Positions 52,103 to 60,391 of a stretch of DNA of 64,000 nucleotides are shown here, piece after piece; the first letter of the stretch is position 1; every line of letters starts with the position of its first letter. Where the stretch lies: the IMG/VR virus record IMGVR_UViG_2864653697_000002; one strand, written 5' to 3'. The notes beneath the pieces were generated by a model, which did no database searches, was not told the DNA's origin, and worked only from the letters and a program-made list of their open reading frames with translations. The position numbers and the translations under genes are program-made. This stretch comes from a virus. Lineage: Duplodnaviria > Caudoviricetes.

Positions 52103-52654
52103 ATGGCACTCGAAGAAGCACTGCTGGAAGCGACGAAGGGCATGGCCGCCCTCACGGAAATGCTGAAGATCACTGCGCAGAACCAGGAACGACTGATCGC
52201 CGGCCAGGCGGCCGCCATCGAGAAGGTGCAGCCGGAGACGCGCACGCGCACGCGCGCCAAGAAGGACGAACCGACGCCAGCCGCTGCACCCGCCGAGACC
52301 GAGACCGCCGAAGCGCCGCCGCCGGCATCGACCGACAGCTCGCCGACGTTCACCACCGAGGTGTCGGACGACGAGCTCAAGATCGTGGCCAGCACCTATC
52401 TCGCGGGCGAGAAGGACAAGGGCATGGAAGCCCTGCAGATCGCGAAGGACTTCATTCCCTCGATCGCGGCGGAATTCGGATCGCCGAAGCTGTGCGGCCC
52501 CGAATCCAAGCTCACCCCGGCCGAGCGCGTCAAGGCCTGGTTCTTCCTCAAGCGCAAGAGCGCCGGCCTGCCCGTCGATTTCAACGGTGACTACGATTTC
52601 GACGGCGATCCGACGCAGGGCGGCGAACCCGCCGCTCCCGAAGACGACTTCTGA
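52103..52654 (+). CDS. Hypothetical replication-operon protein with acidic tail
   Basis: First gene of the rightward operon; coiled-coil N-terminus, Ala/Pro linker. Confidence 0.7.
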   Translation: MALEEALLEATKGMAALTEMLKITAQNQERLIAGQAAAIEKVQPETRTRTRAKKDEPTPAAAPAETETAEAPPPASTDSSPTFTTEVSDDELKIVASTYLAGEKDKGMEALQIAKDFIPSIAAEFGSPKLCGPESKLTPAERVKAWFFLKRKSAGLPVDFNGDYDFDGDPTQGGEPAAPEDDF

Positions 52655-52820
52655 CGCAACCGGATCGGGCGGCACGGTTAGATTGGCCGCCCGGTTTCCG
52701 GAGAGCTGTGAGGCGTGGGCCGTTCCCTGCGCTGCCTGACTCTGGCCCGGCACGGAGGACCATTGCTCAGCCGCCGTTTCTTAGCGGTGTTCACAGCTCC
52801 CCCGAAACTGATGCGAGGTT

Positions 52821-53117
52821 TTGATGACCATGCCCGTCTACGTCAACTCCACCGCCTGGACTGGCCGCGCGCCGTGGGCCGGATCGCCGATCGATGTCGC
52901 TCGCCGCGTCGTCAGAAGCTGGCTCTACCCGACATTCGACTGCGAGAACTGCATCGGTATGCCGGAGCACGGCTGCTACTGCGCGGCCACCGGCGCCACA
53001 TCGCCGAACGAAGGACCGGGCATGCTGCGCGCATGGCTGCGCATCGAACTGGACTGGTTCCTGAATCCGCCCACTCGACGCTGGGATGTGCTGTCTGACA
53101 ACTGGACGGGGTGCTGA
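52821..53117 (+). CDS. Small Cys-rich hypothetical protein
   Basis: CENC...CYC. Confidence 0.5.
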   Translation: MMTMPVYVNSTAWTGRAPWAGSPIDVARRVVRSWLYPTFDCENCIGMPEHGCYCAATGATSPNEGPGMLRAWLRIELDWFLNPPTRRWDVLSDNWTGC

Positions 53118-53119
53118 TC

Positions 53120-53605
53120 ATGGGCGCGATATTTCACCAGTCACAACTGGCACCATCTGAAAATAAGTTCCACGTCGGCAACGGCGATGACGGCAAGCAT
53201 TACTGGCTGACCCCGCCGGAGCTTTACGCTGCGCTCGACGCCGAATTTCATTTCGACTTCGACCCCTGTCCATACCCGCTTCCCGATGGCTTCGACGGCC
53301 TCACATGTGAATGGGGGCAGTCGAGCTACGTCAACCCACCTTTCGGTTCGATCATGCACCAGGGTAAAAAGAAGGGACCGACCGCTTGGGTGCGTAAGGC
53401 AATCGAGGAGTGGCGCAAGGGCAAGCGCGTCGTTCTTGTCTACCCGGTAGACAAGTGGGTGTTGATGCTCATGTCCGCCATCCTTGGCGACCATGCGCAG
53501 GTCCGCAATCTCGGTGATGTGAAGTGGCTTGCCACCGAAGACGGTTCGGTCGGCAAGGGGACCGGCCGCCATATCGCCTGTGTTATCCTTGAACCGGTTC
53601 AATGA
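53120..53605 (+). CDS. Phage-type DNA N6-adenine methyltransferase (small Dam family)
   Basis: WLTPPELY...FDFDPCP...WGQSSYVNPPFG. Confidence 0.85.
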   Translation: MGAIFHQSQLAPSENKFHVGNGDDGKHYWLTPPELYAALDAEFHFDFDPCPYPLPDGFDGLTCEWGQSSYVNPPFGSIMHQGKKKGPTAWVRKAIEEWRKGKRVVLVYPVDKWVLMLMSAILGDHAQVRNLGDVKWLATEDGSVGKGTGRHIACVILEPVQ

Positions 53606-54840
53606 CCCTCCCCGCACACGCCAAGCTCGCTCCCAGCGGCGCCGACACATGGATGACGTGCCCCGGCTCAGTCGAGGCGCAGGACGGCCTGCCCGACGAC
53701 ACCACCGAGTGGTCGAGCGAGGGGACGATGGCGCACGACGTCTCCGATTTCTGCCTCAGCTACGGCCTCGACGCCTATTTTTTCGTCGGCGCAACGTTCC
53801 GCGTTCCTGGCACCGAACTGGTTCGCAACGAGCACGGCCTTATCACCGGCCGGCGCAACCGCGTCTGGACCTACACCTGGTCGAACGAAGACGCGGACTT
53901 CCTGCAATCCGGCTTCGATCATCTGCTCGAGATGGGCGGAGAGCTTTACGGCGAACACAAGGTCGACATCTCCAACTGGCTGGGCGAGAACCAGTTCGGT
54001 ACGCTGGACCGCGCGATCGTGTGGCGCGACGCCGACGTCTTCCTCATCAACGATCTCAAGTGGGGGCGCGGCATCCCTGTCAGCGTTCGCGACAGCAAGC
54101 AGTTGCGGCTCTACGCGCTGGGCTTCTGGTGGAATGTCGCCCGCTACTTCGAGAACATGAAGTCTGTGATCCTTGAGATCGATCAGCCGCGAAGCTGGGT
54201 GCAGGGCGGCCGCATCGAACTGACCATGGATGAGCTTCTGGAGTTCGGCGAGGAGGTTCGTCCTGCCGCTGAGCGCGCGCTGAAGCCCGGCGCAGAGCGC
54301 ATCCCATCCAAGGCCGGCTGCTACTGGTGCAAGCGCCGCAAGGCGTTCCGCGGATGCTACGCCTACGACGCATGGATGCTCTCGCTGCTCGGCCTCACGC
54401 GCGCCGAAGTCATTGACATCGAGGAGTTTATCTTGGGCAAGACCTTCACGCAGGAAGAGCGCGCCAATCTCGTTCTGCACAAGACGCTGATCGTTTCGTG
54501 GCTGGAGAAGCTGCAAGACGATGCGGTGCAGGATGCGCTGACCATCGGCGACGTCCCGGGCGTTGCCAAGGCGATCGAGGGGCGCAAGCTCCCCGACGCG
54601 TGGGAGGACAAAGGTGCAGCCGACATCGCGCTCGCCAAGAAGCTGGGAGATCGTCGTTATAAGGCGCCCGCCCTCATCACGCCGCAGCAGGCGCTGAAAC
54701 TCGTCGCGGGCGAAGACCGCAAAGACGTCGAGGCGCTCATCAAATTCGGCCTTCGAAAGACCGAGCTGGTGCCGATCGACCACCCGAAACCGTCGATCAA
54801 ATCCCTGAACGATCAACTCGCTGAAATGGAGGACTTTTGA
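53602..54840 (+). CDS. DUF2800/Cas4-like PD-(D/E)XK exonuclease
   Basis: HAKLAPSGADTWMTCPGS; EGTMAH; FGTLD; DLKWGRG; QLRLYALG; GCYWC. Confidence 0.88.
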   Translation: MTLPAHAKLAPSGADTWMTCPGSVEAQDGLPDDTTEWSSEGTMAHDVSDFCLSYGLDAYFFVGATFRVPGTELVRNEHGLITGRRNRVWTYTWSNEDADFLQSGFDHLLEMGGELYGEHKVDISNWLGENQFGTLDRAIVWRDADVFLINDLKWGRGIPVSVRDSKQLRLYALGFWWNVARYFENMKSVILEIDQPRSWVQGGRIELTMDELLEFGEEVRPAAERALKPGAERIPSKAGCYWCKRRKAFRGCYAYDAWMLSLLGLTRAEVIDIEEFILGKTFTQEERANLVLHKTLIVSWLEKLQDDAVQDALTIGDVPGVAKAIEGRKLPDAWEDKGAADIALAKKLGDRRYKAPALITPQQALKLVAGEDRKDVEALIKFGLRKTELVPIDHPKPSIKSLNDQLAEMEDF

Positions 54841-54842
54841 CT

Positions 54843-55499
54843 ATGGCCGAACGTGATCCCAGGACCGTGCTGCTCAAGCGCGTCCGTCTGTCGTTTCCCG
54901 ATATCAAGGAACCTGGGCAGGCCGTCAAGGACGGCAAGCTGCGCTACGGGGCCAAACTCGTCATCGAGTTCGAGGGCGATGATTCCAAGGCGAAGGCTCT
55001 CGCCGCCGAGAACAAAGCCAAGGCCATCGCCGCCATGGAAGCCGCTGGCGATCAGGCGTGGAAGAACACCGCTGCCTACAAGGGCATCATGGAAGATGAC
55101 CCTAAGAGGGTGTCGTTTCGCTCGGGCAAGCGTTTCAAGAACAAGGAGACCGGCGAAGTATACGCTGGATACGATGGGAATTTCGTCATTTCCGCATCAG
55201 GACCGGCTGGCGGCAAGAAGCGTCCCCAGCTCAAGGACCGCATGAAGCGCGACGTGGTCGAGAAGGATATCGAGGACGTCTTCTACCCCGGCACCTATGT
55301 CGACGCCTATGTCTCGTTCTACGGCACCGACGAGGGTGGCCGCGGCCTTTTCGCCTCGATCGATCTGCTGCGATCACACCAGGAAGGCAAGGTCACGGCC
55401 CGCACATTCACCTTCGATGACGACGAGCTCGACGATCTCGACGACGACACGCCCGAGCCCGGCGCAAAGGCTTCCGGCGACGATCTCGACGACTTCTGA
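54843..55499 (+). CDS. ssDNA-binding protein (DUF2815 family)
   Basis: LKRVRLSFP; FYPGTYVDAYVSFY; acidic tail. Confidence 0.88.
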   Translation: MAERDPRTVLLKRVRLSFPDIKEPGQAVKDGKLRYGAKLVIEFEGDDSKAKALAAENKAKAIAAMEAAGDQAWKNTAAYKGIMEDDPKRVSFRSGKRFKNKETGEVYAGYDGNFVISASGPAGGKKRPQLKDRMKRDVVEKDIEDVFYPGTYVDAYVSFYGTDEGGRGLFASIDLLRSHQEGKVTARTFTFDDDELDDLDDDTPEPGAKASGDDLDDF

Positions 55500-55507
55500 C
55501 CTCTGTC

Positions 55508-55531
55508 CCGGGGCGGCTTCGGTCGCCCCGG
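55508..55531 (+). terminator. GC hairpin after SSB gene
   Basis: CGGGGCGGC-TTCG-GTCGCCCCG. Confidence 0.6.
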
Positions 55532-55550
55532 CTGTCAACATAATGGGGAT

Positions 55551-55895
55551 ATGACTGTGGCTTGCTGTCCGAATTGCGGCTTTGACATCACGAAGGACGA
55601 CCTTGTCGAGCGAGATGGCTTCAAGCTGCACCCGCGCGAAGGGCTTGGATCATATCTCGGCCGTTCCATCGGACTGACTGGCTCAGAACTCGTGCTGCTC
55701 CACACCATCGGACAAGCCAAGCGCACGATCAGCCGCGAGGCGCTGCACAACCGTGTTTCTGACTGCGAGACCTTCCCTGAGATCGTGGGCACCTTCGTCT
55801 GCAAGATCCGCAGCAAACTGCGAACGGCCGGCGTTCCAGACCCCATCGAGACGGTGCGAGGCAAGGGATACCGTTGGAAGTCGGTGGCAGCATGA
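55551..55895 (+). CDS. Stand-alone OmpR/CtrA-like winged-helix DNA-binding protein
   Basis: LTGSE...IVGTFVCKIRSKL...IETVRGKGY; N-terminal CPNC; no receiver domain. Confidence 0.8.
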   Translation: MTVACCPNCGFDITKDDLVERDGFKLHPREGLGSYLGRSIGLTGSELVLLHTIGQAKRTISREALHNRVSDCETFPEIVGTFVCKIRSKLRTAGVPDPIETVRGKGYRWKSVAA

Positions 55896-57247
55896 CCGCC
55901 TTCTACAACGAGTGCGACCCCTACGCGGCGCAGTGGCTCCGCAACCTGATCGACGCCGGCCACATCGCGCCGGGCATCGTCGACGAGCGCGACATCCGAG
56001 ACATCACGCCAGCGGAGCTATTCGAATATGACCAATGCCATTTCTTCGCTGGGATCGGCGTTTGGCCTTACGCGCTCCGTCGCGCCGGATGGGCGGACGA
56101 TCGTCGGATCTGGACTGGATCGTGCCCTTGCCAACCATTCAGCGCGGCGGGCCGAGCAGGAGGGTTTGCTGACGAGCGGCACCTTTGGCCCCACTGGTTC
56201 CACCTCATTTCGCAGTGCAGTCCTCCAGTCATCCTTGGAGAGCAGGTTGCGTCGAAGGACGGCCTCGCATGGAACGATCTTGTATCGGTTGACATGGAAG
56301 CAGCGGGTTACGCCTTCGGGGCGGTCGATATCTGCGCTGCGGGCATCACCGTGGACTGGGAAAGCAGCCAAGCCGGGGAATGGTTACGCCGGGCCATTCA
56401 CGATTGCTCAGATCCCGGCGTCACAGCCATGCTTCGCGATTTTGCCGATTGGGCTGGCGCAGGAAATCTCGGCGATGGCGGCGAGCACATTCGACAGCGG
56501 CAATACTTTGTCGGGGTGGCCGACGCCAGCAGCTCACGAGCCGGGCGGCACACCGGAGCAGCATCTGGCGCGGAAGCGCGCAGCGGCAGCACGTGGCATC
56601 CAGATGGGCACGACGGCGGTGACACACTGTTCACTGGTAGCTCAACTGGCAGGCTGGACCACCACCACCACCAGGGACCACAAGGACTCGCCGGGAATGA
56701 CGGCGAAGCGCTCGGACAACGGCAAGGATCGGAACGACCAGCTTCCGAGGCAGGCGTATCTGACGGGCTGGACGACGACGACGACGACAGACGCGCTTCG
56801 GCATCCGTCACCGGACTTCGCGACGCCGAACATCACGCTGAACCACGCGGGGGTGCTCAGCGGATGGCCGACGGCCCGCACAGCGGACGGGGAGAAGAAC
56901 GTCCGGACGTTGGAGGGATCGCTGTCGGAGATCGGACGCAAGGGCTCCCCGCAGGACACAGCAGCAGCAGCAGCAGCGATCACGACGCCAATGCGCCTCA
57001 GCGCGGACGGCCGGCTGTCGACTGGCTCTTCTGCCGGGATGGAAAGTGGCGGGCAGTTGAATCCGGCACATTCCCGTTGGCTCATGAAGCTCCCGCGCGA
57101 GTGGGACGCCTGCGCGCCTACGGCAACGCGCTCGACGCCGAAACGGCGACCGAGTTCATCAGCACCATCAAGGCGATCCTCGACGGTGAACCGGATGCTG
57201 CTGTTCGCAGCGATGGCGGCATAGACTTCGAGGATTTGATCGGATGA
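55892..57247 (+). CDS. C5-cytosine DNA methyltransferase, alpha polypeptide
   Basis: FFAGIG (I), GSCPCQPFS (IV), GEQV (VI), [10 protein letters not shown] (VIII), RLRAYGNA (X); no motif IX in this frame. Confidence 0.88.
   Translation: MTAFYNECDPYAAQWLRNLIDAGHIAPGIVDERDIRDITPAELFEYDQCHFFAGIGVWPYALRRAGWADDRRIWTGSCPCQPFSAAGRAGGFADERHLWPHWFHLISQCSPPVILGEQVASKDGLAWNDLVSVDMEAAGYAFGAVDICAAGITVDWESSQAGEWLRRAIHDCSDPGVTAMLRDFADWAGAGNLGDGGEHIRQRQYFVGVADASSSRAGRHTGAASGAEARSGSTWHPDGHDGGDTLFTGSSTGRLDHHHHQGPQGLAGNDGEALGQRQGSERPASEAGVSDGLDDDDDDRRASASVTGLRDAEHHAEPRGGAQRMADGPHSGRGEERPDVGGIAVGDRTQGLPAGHSSSSSSDHDANAPQRGRPAVDWLFCRDGKWRAVESGTFPLAHEAPARVGRLRAYGNALDAETATEFISTIKAILDGEPDAAVRSDGGIDFEDLIG
56028..57224 (+). 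CDS. Nested alternative-frame beta polypeptide of the C5 methyltransferase (start uncertain; ATG 56475 possible)
   Basis: Four GW[PT]T units and motif IX-like [18 protein letters not shown]. Confidence 0.75.
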   Translation: MTNAISSLGSAFGLTRSVAPDGRTIVGSGLDRALANHSARRAEQEGLLTSGTFGPTGSTSFRSAVLQSSLESRLRRRTASHGTILYRLTWKQRVTPSGRSISALRASPWTGKAAKPGNGYAGPFTIAQIPASQPCFAILPIGLAQEISAMAASTFDSGNTLSGWPTPAAHEPGGTPEQHLARKRAAAARGIQMGTTAVTHCSLVAQLAGWTTTTTRDHKDSPGMTAKRSDNGKDRNDQLPRQAYLTGWTTTTTTDALRHPSPDFATPNITLNHAGVLSGWPTARTADGEKNVRTLEGSLSEIGRKGSPQDTAAAAAAITTPMRLSADGRLSTGSSAGMESGGQLNPAHSRWLMKLPREWDACAPTATRSTPKRRPSSSAPSRRSSTVNRMLLFAAMAA

Positions 57248-57930
57248 CTGAACGCGAAAAGATCGCTGCGCGCATTCGTGCGCTGCGCGCCAAGACCGTC
57301 GAGAACGGTTGCACAGAGGACGAAGCCATTGCGGCCGCCGAGATGCTGGCCAAGCTCCTCGCCAAGCACAACATGACCATCGACGAAGCGGAGATGCGCG
57401 CATCTCCGTTCGAGCAGCACAGCCAGTCCCACGAAGACCGCGTCGGCGAGAGGCTCTGGAAGATCGCGGCCACCGTCTCGGAACTGACCGGAACGCGCTA
57501 CTGGACGTCACGACCCGGAGTGTATCCGATCGAAATCACCTTCTTCGGCTTTGCGCACGAAGTCGAGGTGGCGCGTTACATGCTCGAGATCTGCGCTGGC
57601 GCCATGCGCCGCGAGCATGCCCGCCTGGAACGTGAAGCATGGCCTCGCATCCTGCGGCGCAGCAAGCTGCTTCCCTTCCTCGACGGCATGGCAGATCGTC
57701 TCGCCCTGCGCATCCGCGACCTGATCCCGCCGAAGCCGGTAGGCACCGGCCTCATGGTGCTCCATGACGAACTGGGCGCGGCGGCATCCCCGAAAACCGA
57801 GCCTTTGCGTGCACGCGGCAGTCGCAATCTTGAGACAGGCTATCTCGACGGCTTGGCGGCCGCTGACCGCGTCGCACTCAACAAGGGACTGACCGGCGGC
57901 GCGCGCCAGGCGGAGGCGCTGATCGGATGA
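57244..57930 (+). CDS. DUF2786-like protein
   Basis: REKIAARIRALRAKT...EAIAAAEMLAKLLAKHNM. Confidence 0.75.
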   Translation: MTEREKIAARIRALRAKTVENGCTEDEAIAAAEMLAKLLAKHNMTIDEAEMRASPFEQHSQSHEDRVGERLWKIAATVSELTGTRYWTSRPGVYPIEITFFGFAHEVEVARYMLEICAGAMRREHARLEREAWPRILRRSKLLPFLDGMADRLALRIRDLIPPKPVGTGLMVLHDELGAAASPKTEPLRARGSRNLETGYLDGLAAADRVALNKGLTGGARQAEALIG

Positions 57931-59924
57931 GCAACCGCGAAGAAATCGCCGCAATTATCGACGCCGCCGGCTTCGACCCGGCGCGCACGCTCGTGTGCGA
58001 CACCGAGTGCTATCCGAACTTCTGGTCAATCGGCTTCTGGCGCGTGAGCGACGGCAAGACACTGGTCATGGAGCATTCGGAGCGCAAGCCGTTCACCGAC
58101 GCCAATCGCGACCGCATCCGCAACCTCATGCGGTCGAACACGATGATCGGCTACAATTTCCTGAACTATGACCAGGGCATGATCGCGCACGCGATCGACG
58201 GCGCCACTAACGCGCAGCTCAAGTCCCTCAATGACCGCATCATCCTTGGAAATCTGCGCTACTGGCAGCTCCGCGATCTCGACATCTACATCCCGGAAAG
58301 CTGGGACGTTGTCGATCTGATCGAGCCGCAGCCCAACGCCATCGCGTCGCTTAAGACCCTCGCCGGCCGCATGCACGCACCGCTGATGCAGGATCTACCA
58401 TTCCATCCCGATCAGGTGCTCACCGAGGAGGAGATGGACAAAGTCCTGTTCTATATGGGCAACGATCTCCAGAACACCGATCTGCTGCGCCAGCACCTGA
58501 TAGACGCGCTCCAGATGCGCCGGGCGATCGGCGCTGACTTCGGCCTCAACTTCATGTCAAAGTCCGACGCACAGATGGGCGAGGCAATGATCAAGAGCCG
58601 CGTCGAGCGCATGACCGGTTCGCGCGTCTACAAGGTCGAGACGCCGCCGGGCACGACCTTCAACTACAATCCCCCGAAGTGGCTCAAGTTCGAAACACCG
58701 CAGCTTCAGGCCATTCTCGAGCGCGTCCGCGGCAGCGAGTTCTATATCAAGGGCGGCAAGGACGCGGGCAAGGTCCAGGCGCCGAAGTGGCTCGAAGAGG
58801 AAAGCCGCATCGTCATCGGCGAGACCGAATATGCGATGGGCATCGGCGGTCTGCACTCGACAGAGAAGAACCGCGCAGTTCACAGCGATGAGGATTATGT
58901 CCTCTTCGACTTCGACGTTGCCTCCTACTACCCGGCTATCATTCTCAACGCCGGTCTGTATCCGAAGGCGCTCGGCCGCGAGTTCATCGACGTCTACCGC
59001 GAGATCCGCGACGAGCGCGTGGCCGCCAAGCGCGCGGGCGATAAGACGAAGGACAAGGGGCTCAAGATTGCCCTGAACGGCTGCTTCGGCAAGCTCGGCT
59101 CGAAATATTCGGTGCTCTACGCGCCGCACCTGATGATCGCGATCACGCTCGGCGGCCAGCTCGCCCTGCTCATGCTGATCGAGCGCGCCGAGCGCGCCGG
59201 CATCCAGGTTGTATCGGGCAACACGGATGGCGTCGTCTTCCGCTGCCCGCGCGAACTGGCCGGGAACGTCGTCAAACAGCGCCTCGACGGCGGCCTCCTC
59301 GCCGAGATCGTCGAAGAGTGGGAGCGAGAGACCGGCTTCGAGCTTGAAGCAACGGAATACAGCTCGCTCTACAACGAGTCCGTGAACAGCTATCTGGCCT
59401 TTCAGCCCGATGGGAAGGTCAAGGTCAAGGGCAAAGGCTGGACGGGCCGGCACGACAACGACATCCGCACCCAGCTCATGAAGAACCCCTTCGCCGAGGT
59501 GGTTACGCTGGCTGTCATCGCCTACATCCGCGACGGCGTCCCGCTCGAAGAGACGATCCGCGCTTGCACCGATCTGCGCGATTTCGTCAGCGTGGTGAAC
59601 GTCAAGGGTGGCGGCACCTGGCGCGGCGAATATCTGGGCAAGGTGGTCCGCTACTACTGGTCTACGGACGGCGACGGCATCTTTTACAAGGAGGCCAACG
59701 AGTCGACGGGCAACCATAAGCAGGTGTCGAACACGGACGGCGCCAAGCCGCTGATGAACCTGCCCGCTGACGGCGCCTTGCCCGACGACATCGACTATGA
59801 TCGCTACGTCCACGAGGCGCGCGAGAAGCTGATGAACATCGGCTTCGACAAGCGGCCCGAGAAGGTCCGCCCGCTGCGGATCTACAAATGGTCCGCCATG
59901 GCGTGGTTCGCAGTGGCGGTATGA
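57927..59924 (+). CDS. Family B DNA polymerase with 3'-5' exonuclease
   Basis: DTECY (ExoI); DFDVASYYP; KIALNGCFGK; NTDG. Confidence 0.92.
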   Translation: MSNREEIAAIIDAAGFDPARTLVCDTECYPNFWSIGFWRVSDGKTLVMEHSERKPFTDANRDRIRNLMRSNTMIGYNFLNYDQGMIAHAIDGATNAQLKSLNDRIILGNLRYWQLRDLDIYIPESWDVVDLIEPQPNAIASLKTLAGRMHAPLMQDLPFHPDQVLTEEEMDKVLFYMGNDLQNTDLLRQHLIDALQMRRAIGADFGLNFMSKSDAQMGEAMIKSRVERMTGSRVYKVETPPGTTFNYNPPKWLKFETPQLQAILERVRGSEFYIKGGKDAGKVQAPKWLEEESRIVIGETEYAMGIGGLHSTEKNRAVHSDEDYVLFDFDVASYYPAIILNAGLYPKALGREFIDVYREIRDERVAAKRAGDKTKDKGLKIALNGCFGKLGSKYSVLYAPHLMIAITLGGQLALLMLIERAERAGIQVVSGNTDGVVFRCPRELAGNVVKQRLDGGLLAEIVEEWERETGFELEATEYSSLYNESVNSYLAFQPDGKVKVKGKGWTGRHDNDIRTQLMKNPFAEVVTLAVIAYIRDGVPLEETIRACTDLRDFVSVVNVKGGGTWRGEYLGKVVRYYWSTDGDGIFYKEANESTGNHKQVSNTDGAKPLMNLPADGALPDDIDYDRYVHEAREKLMNIGFDKRPEKVRPLRIYKWSAMAWFAVAV

Positions 59925-60391
59925 CGATCCTCGCGGTAACGGGTCATCGCCCCGACAAACTTGGCGGATATGGCCCCGAAGCAAAGGAGAAGCTCTGCAA
60001 TTTTGCAGAAACCGTTCTCGCAGAGCTTTGCCCGAGGAAGGTGATCACCGGCATGGCGCTCGGTTGGGACCAAGCGGTCGCAAAAGCGTGCATCCTGTTC
60101 GACATTCCCTTCGTCGCCGCCCTGCCATTCCCAGACCACGGCAGCAACTGGCCTGAAGAGGCTCGGCGCATCCACGGGTTCTTGCTCGACCATGCCGTCG
60201 AAACAATCGTGGTGTGCCGCACCTATTCGACGACCGCCATGCAGCTTCGAAACATGGAGATGGTCGATCGCGCCGATGAGGTTCGCTCGCTTTGGGATGG
60301 ATCGTCAGGCGGCACGGGCAACTGCGTGCGATATGCCAAGAGGCGTAAGAAATTCGCCGGAAATCACTGGAACGCATGGACCCAGCTCTAG
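59921..60391 (+). CDS. SLOG/YspA-family protein
   Basis: VTGHRP; ITGMALGWDQ; RNMEMVD; WDGSSGGTGNCVRYA. Confidence 0.85.
   Translation: MTILAVTGHRPDKLGGYGPEAKEKLCNFAETVLAELCPRKVITGMALGWDQAVAKACILFDIPFVAALPFPDHGSNWPEEARRIHGFLLDHAVETIVVCRTYSTTAMQLRNMEMVDRADEVRSLWDGSSGGTGNCVRYAKRRKKFAGNHWNAWTQL

Noticed and set aside
52700-52802. tRNA-like call for the multi-stem element
   Set aside because: No TTCRA T loop or 7-nt anticodon loop
59921-60391. SLOG gene as a novel defence system
   Set aside because: Stand-alone YspA-type gene inside the replication operon with no effector partner
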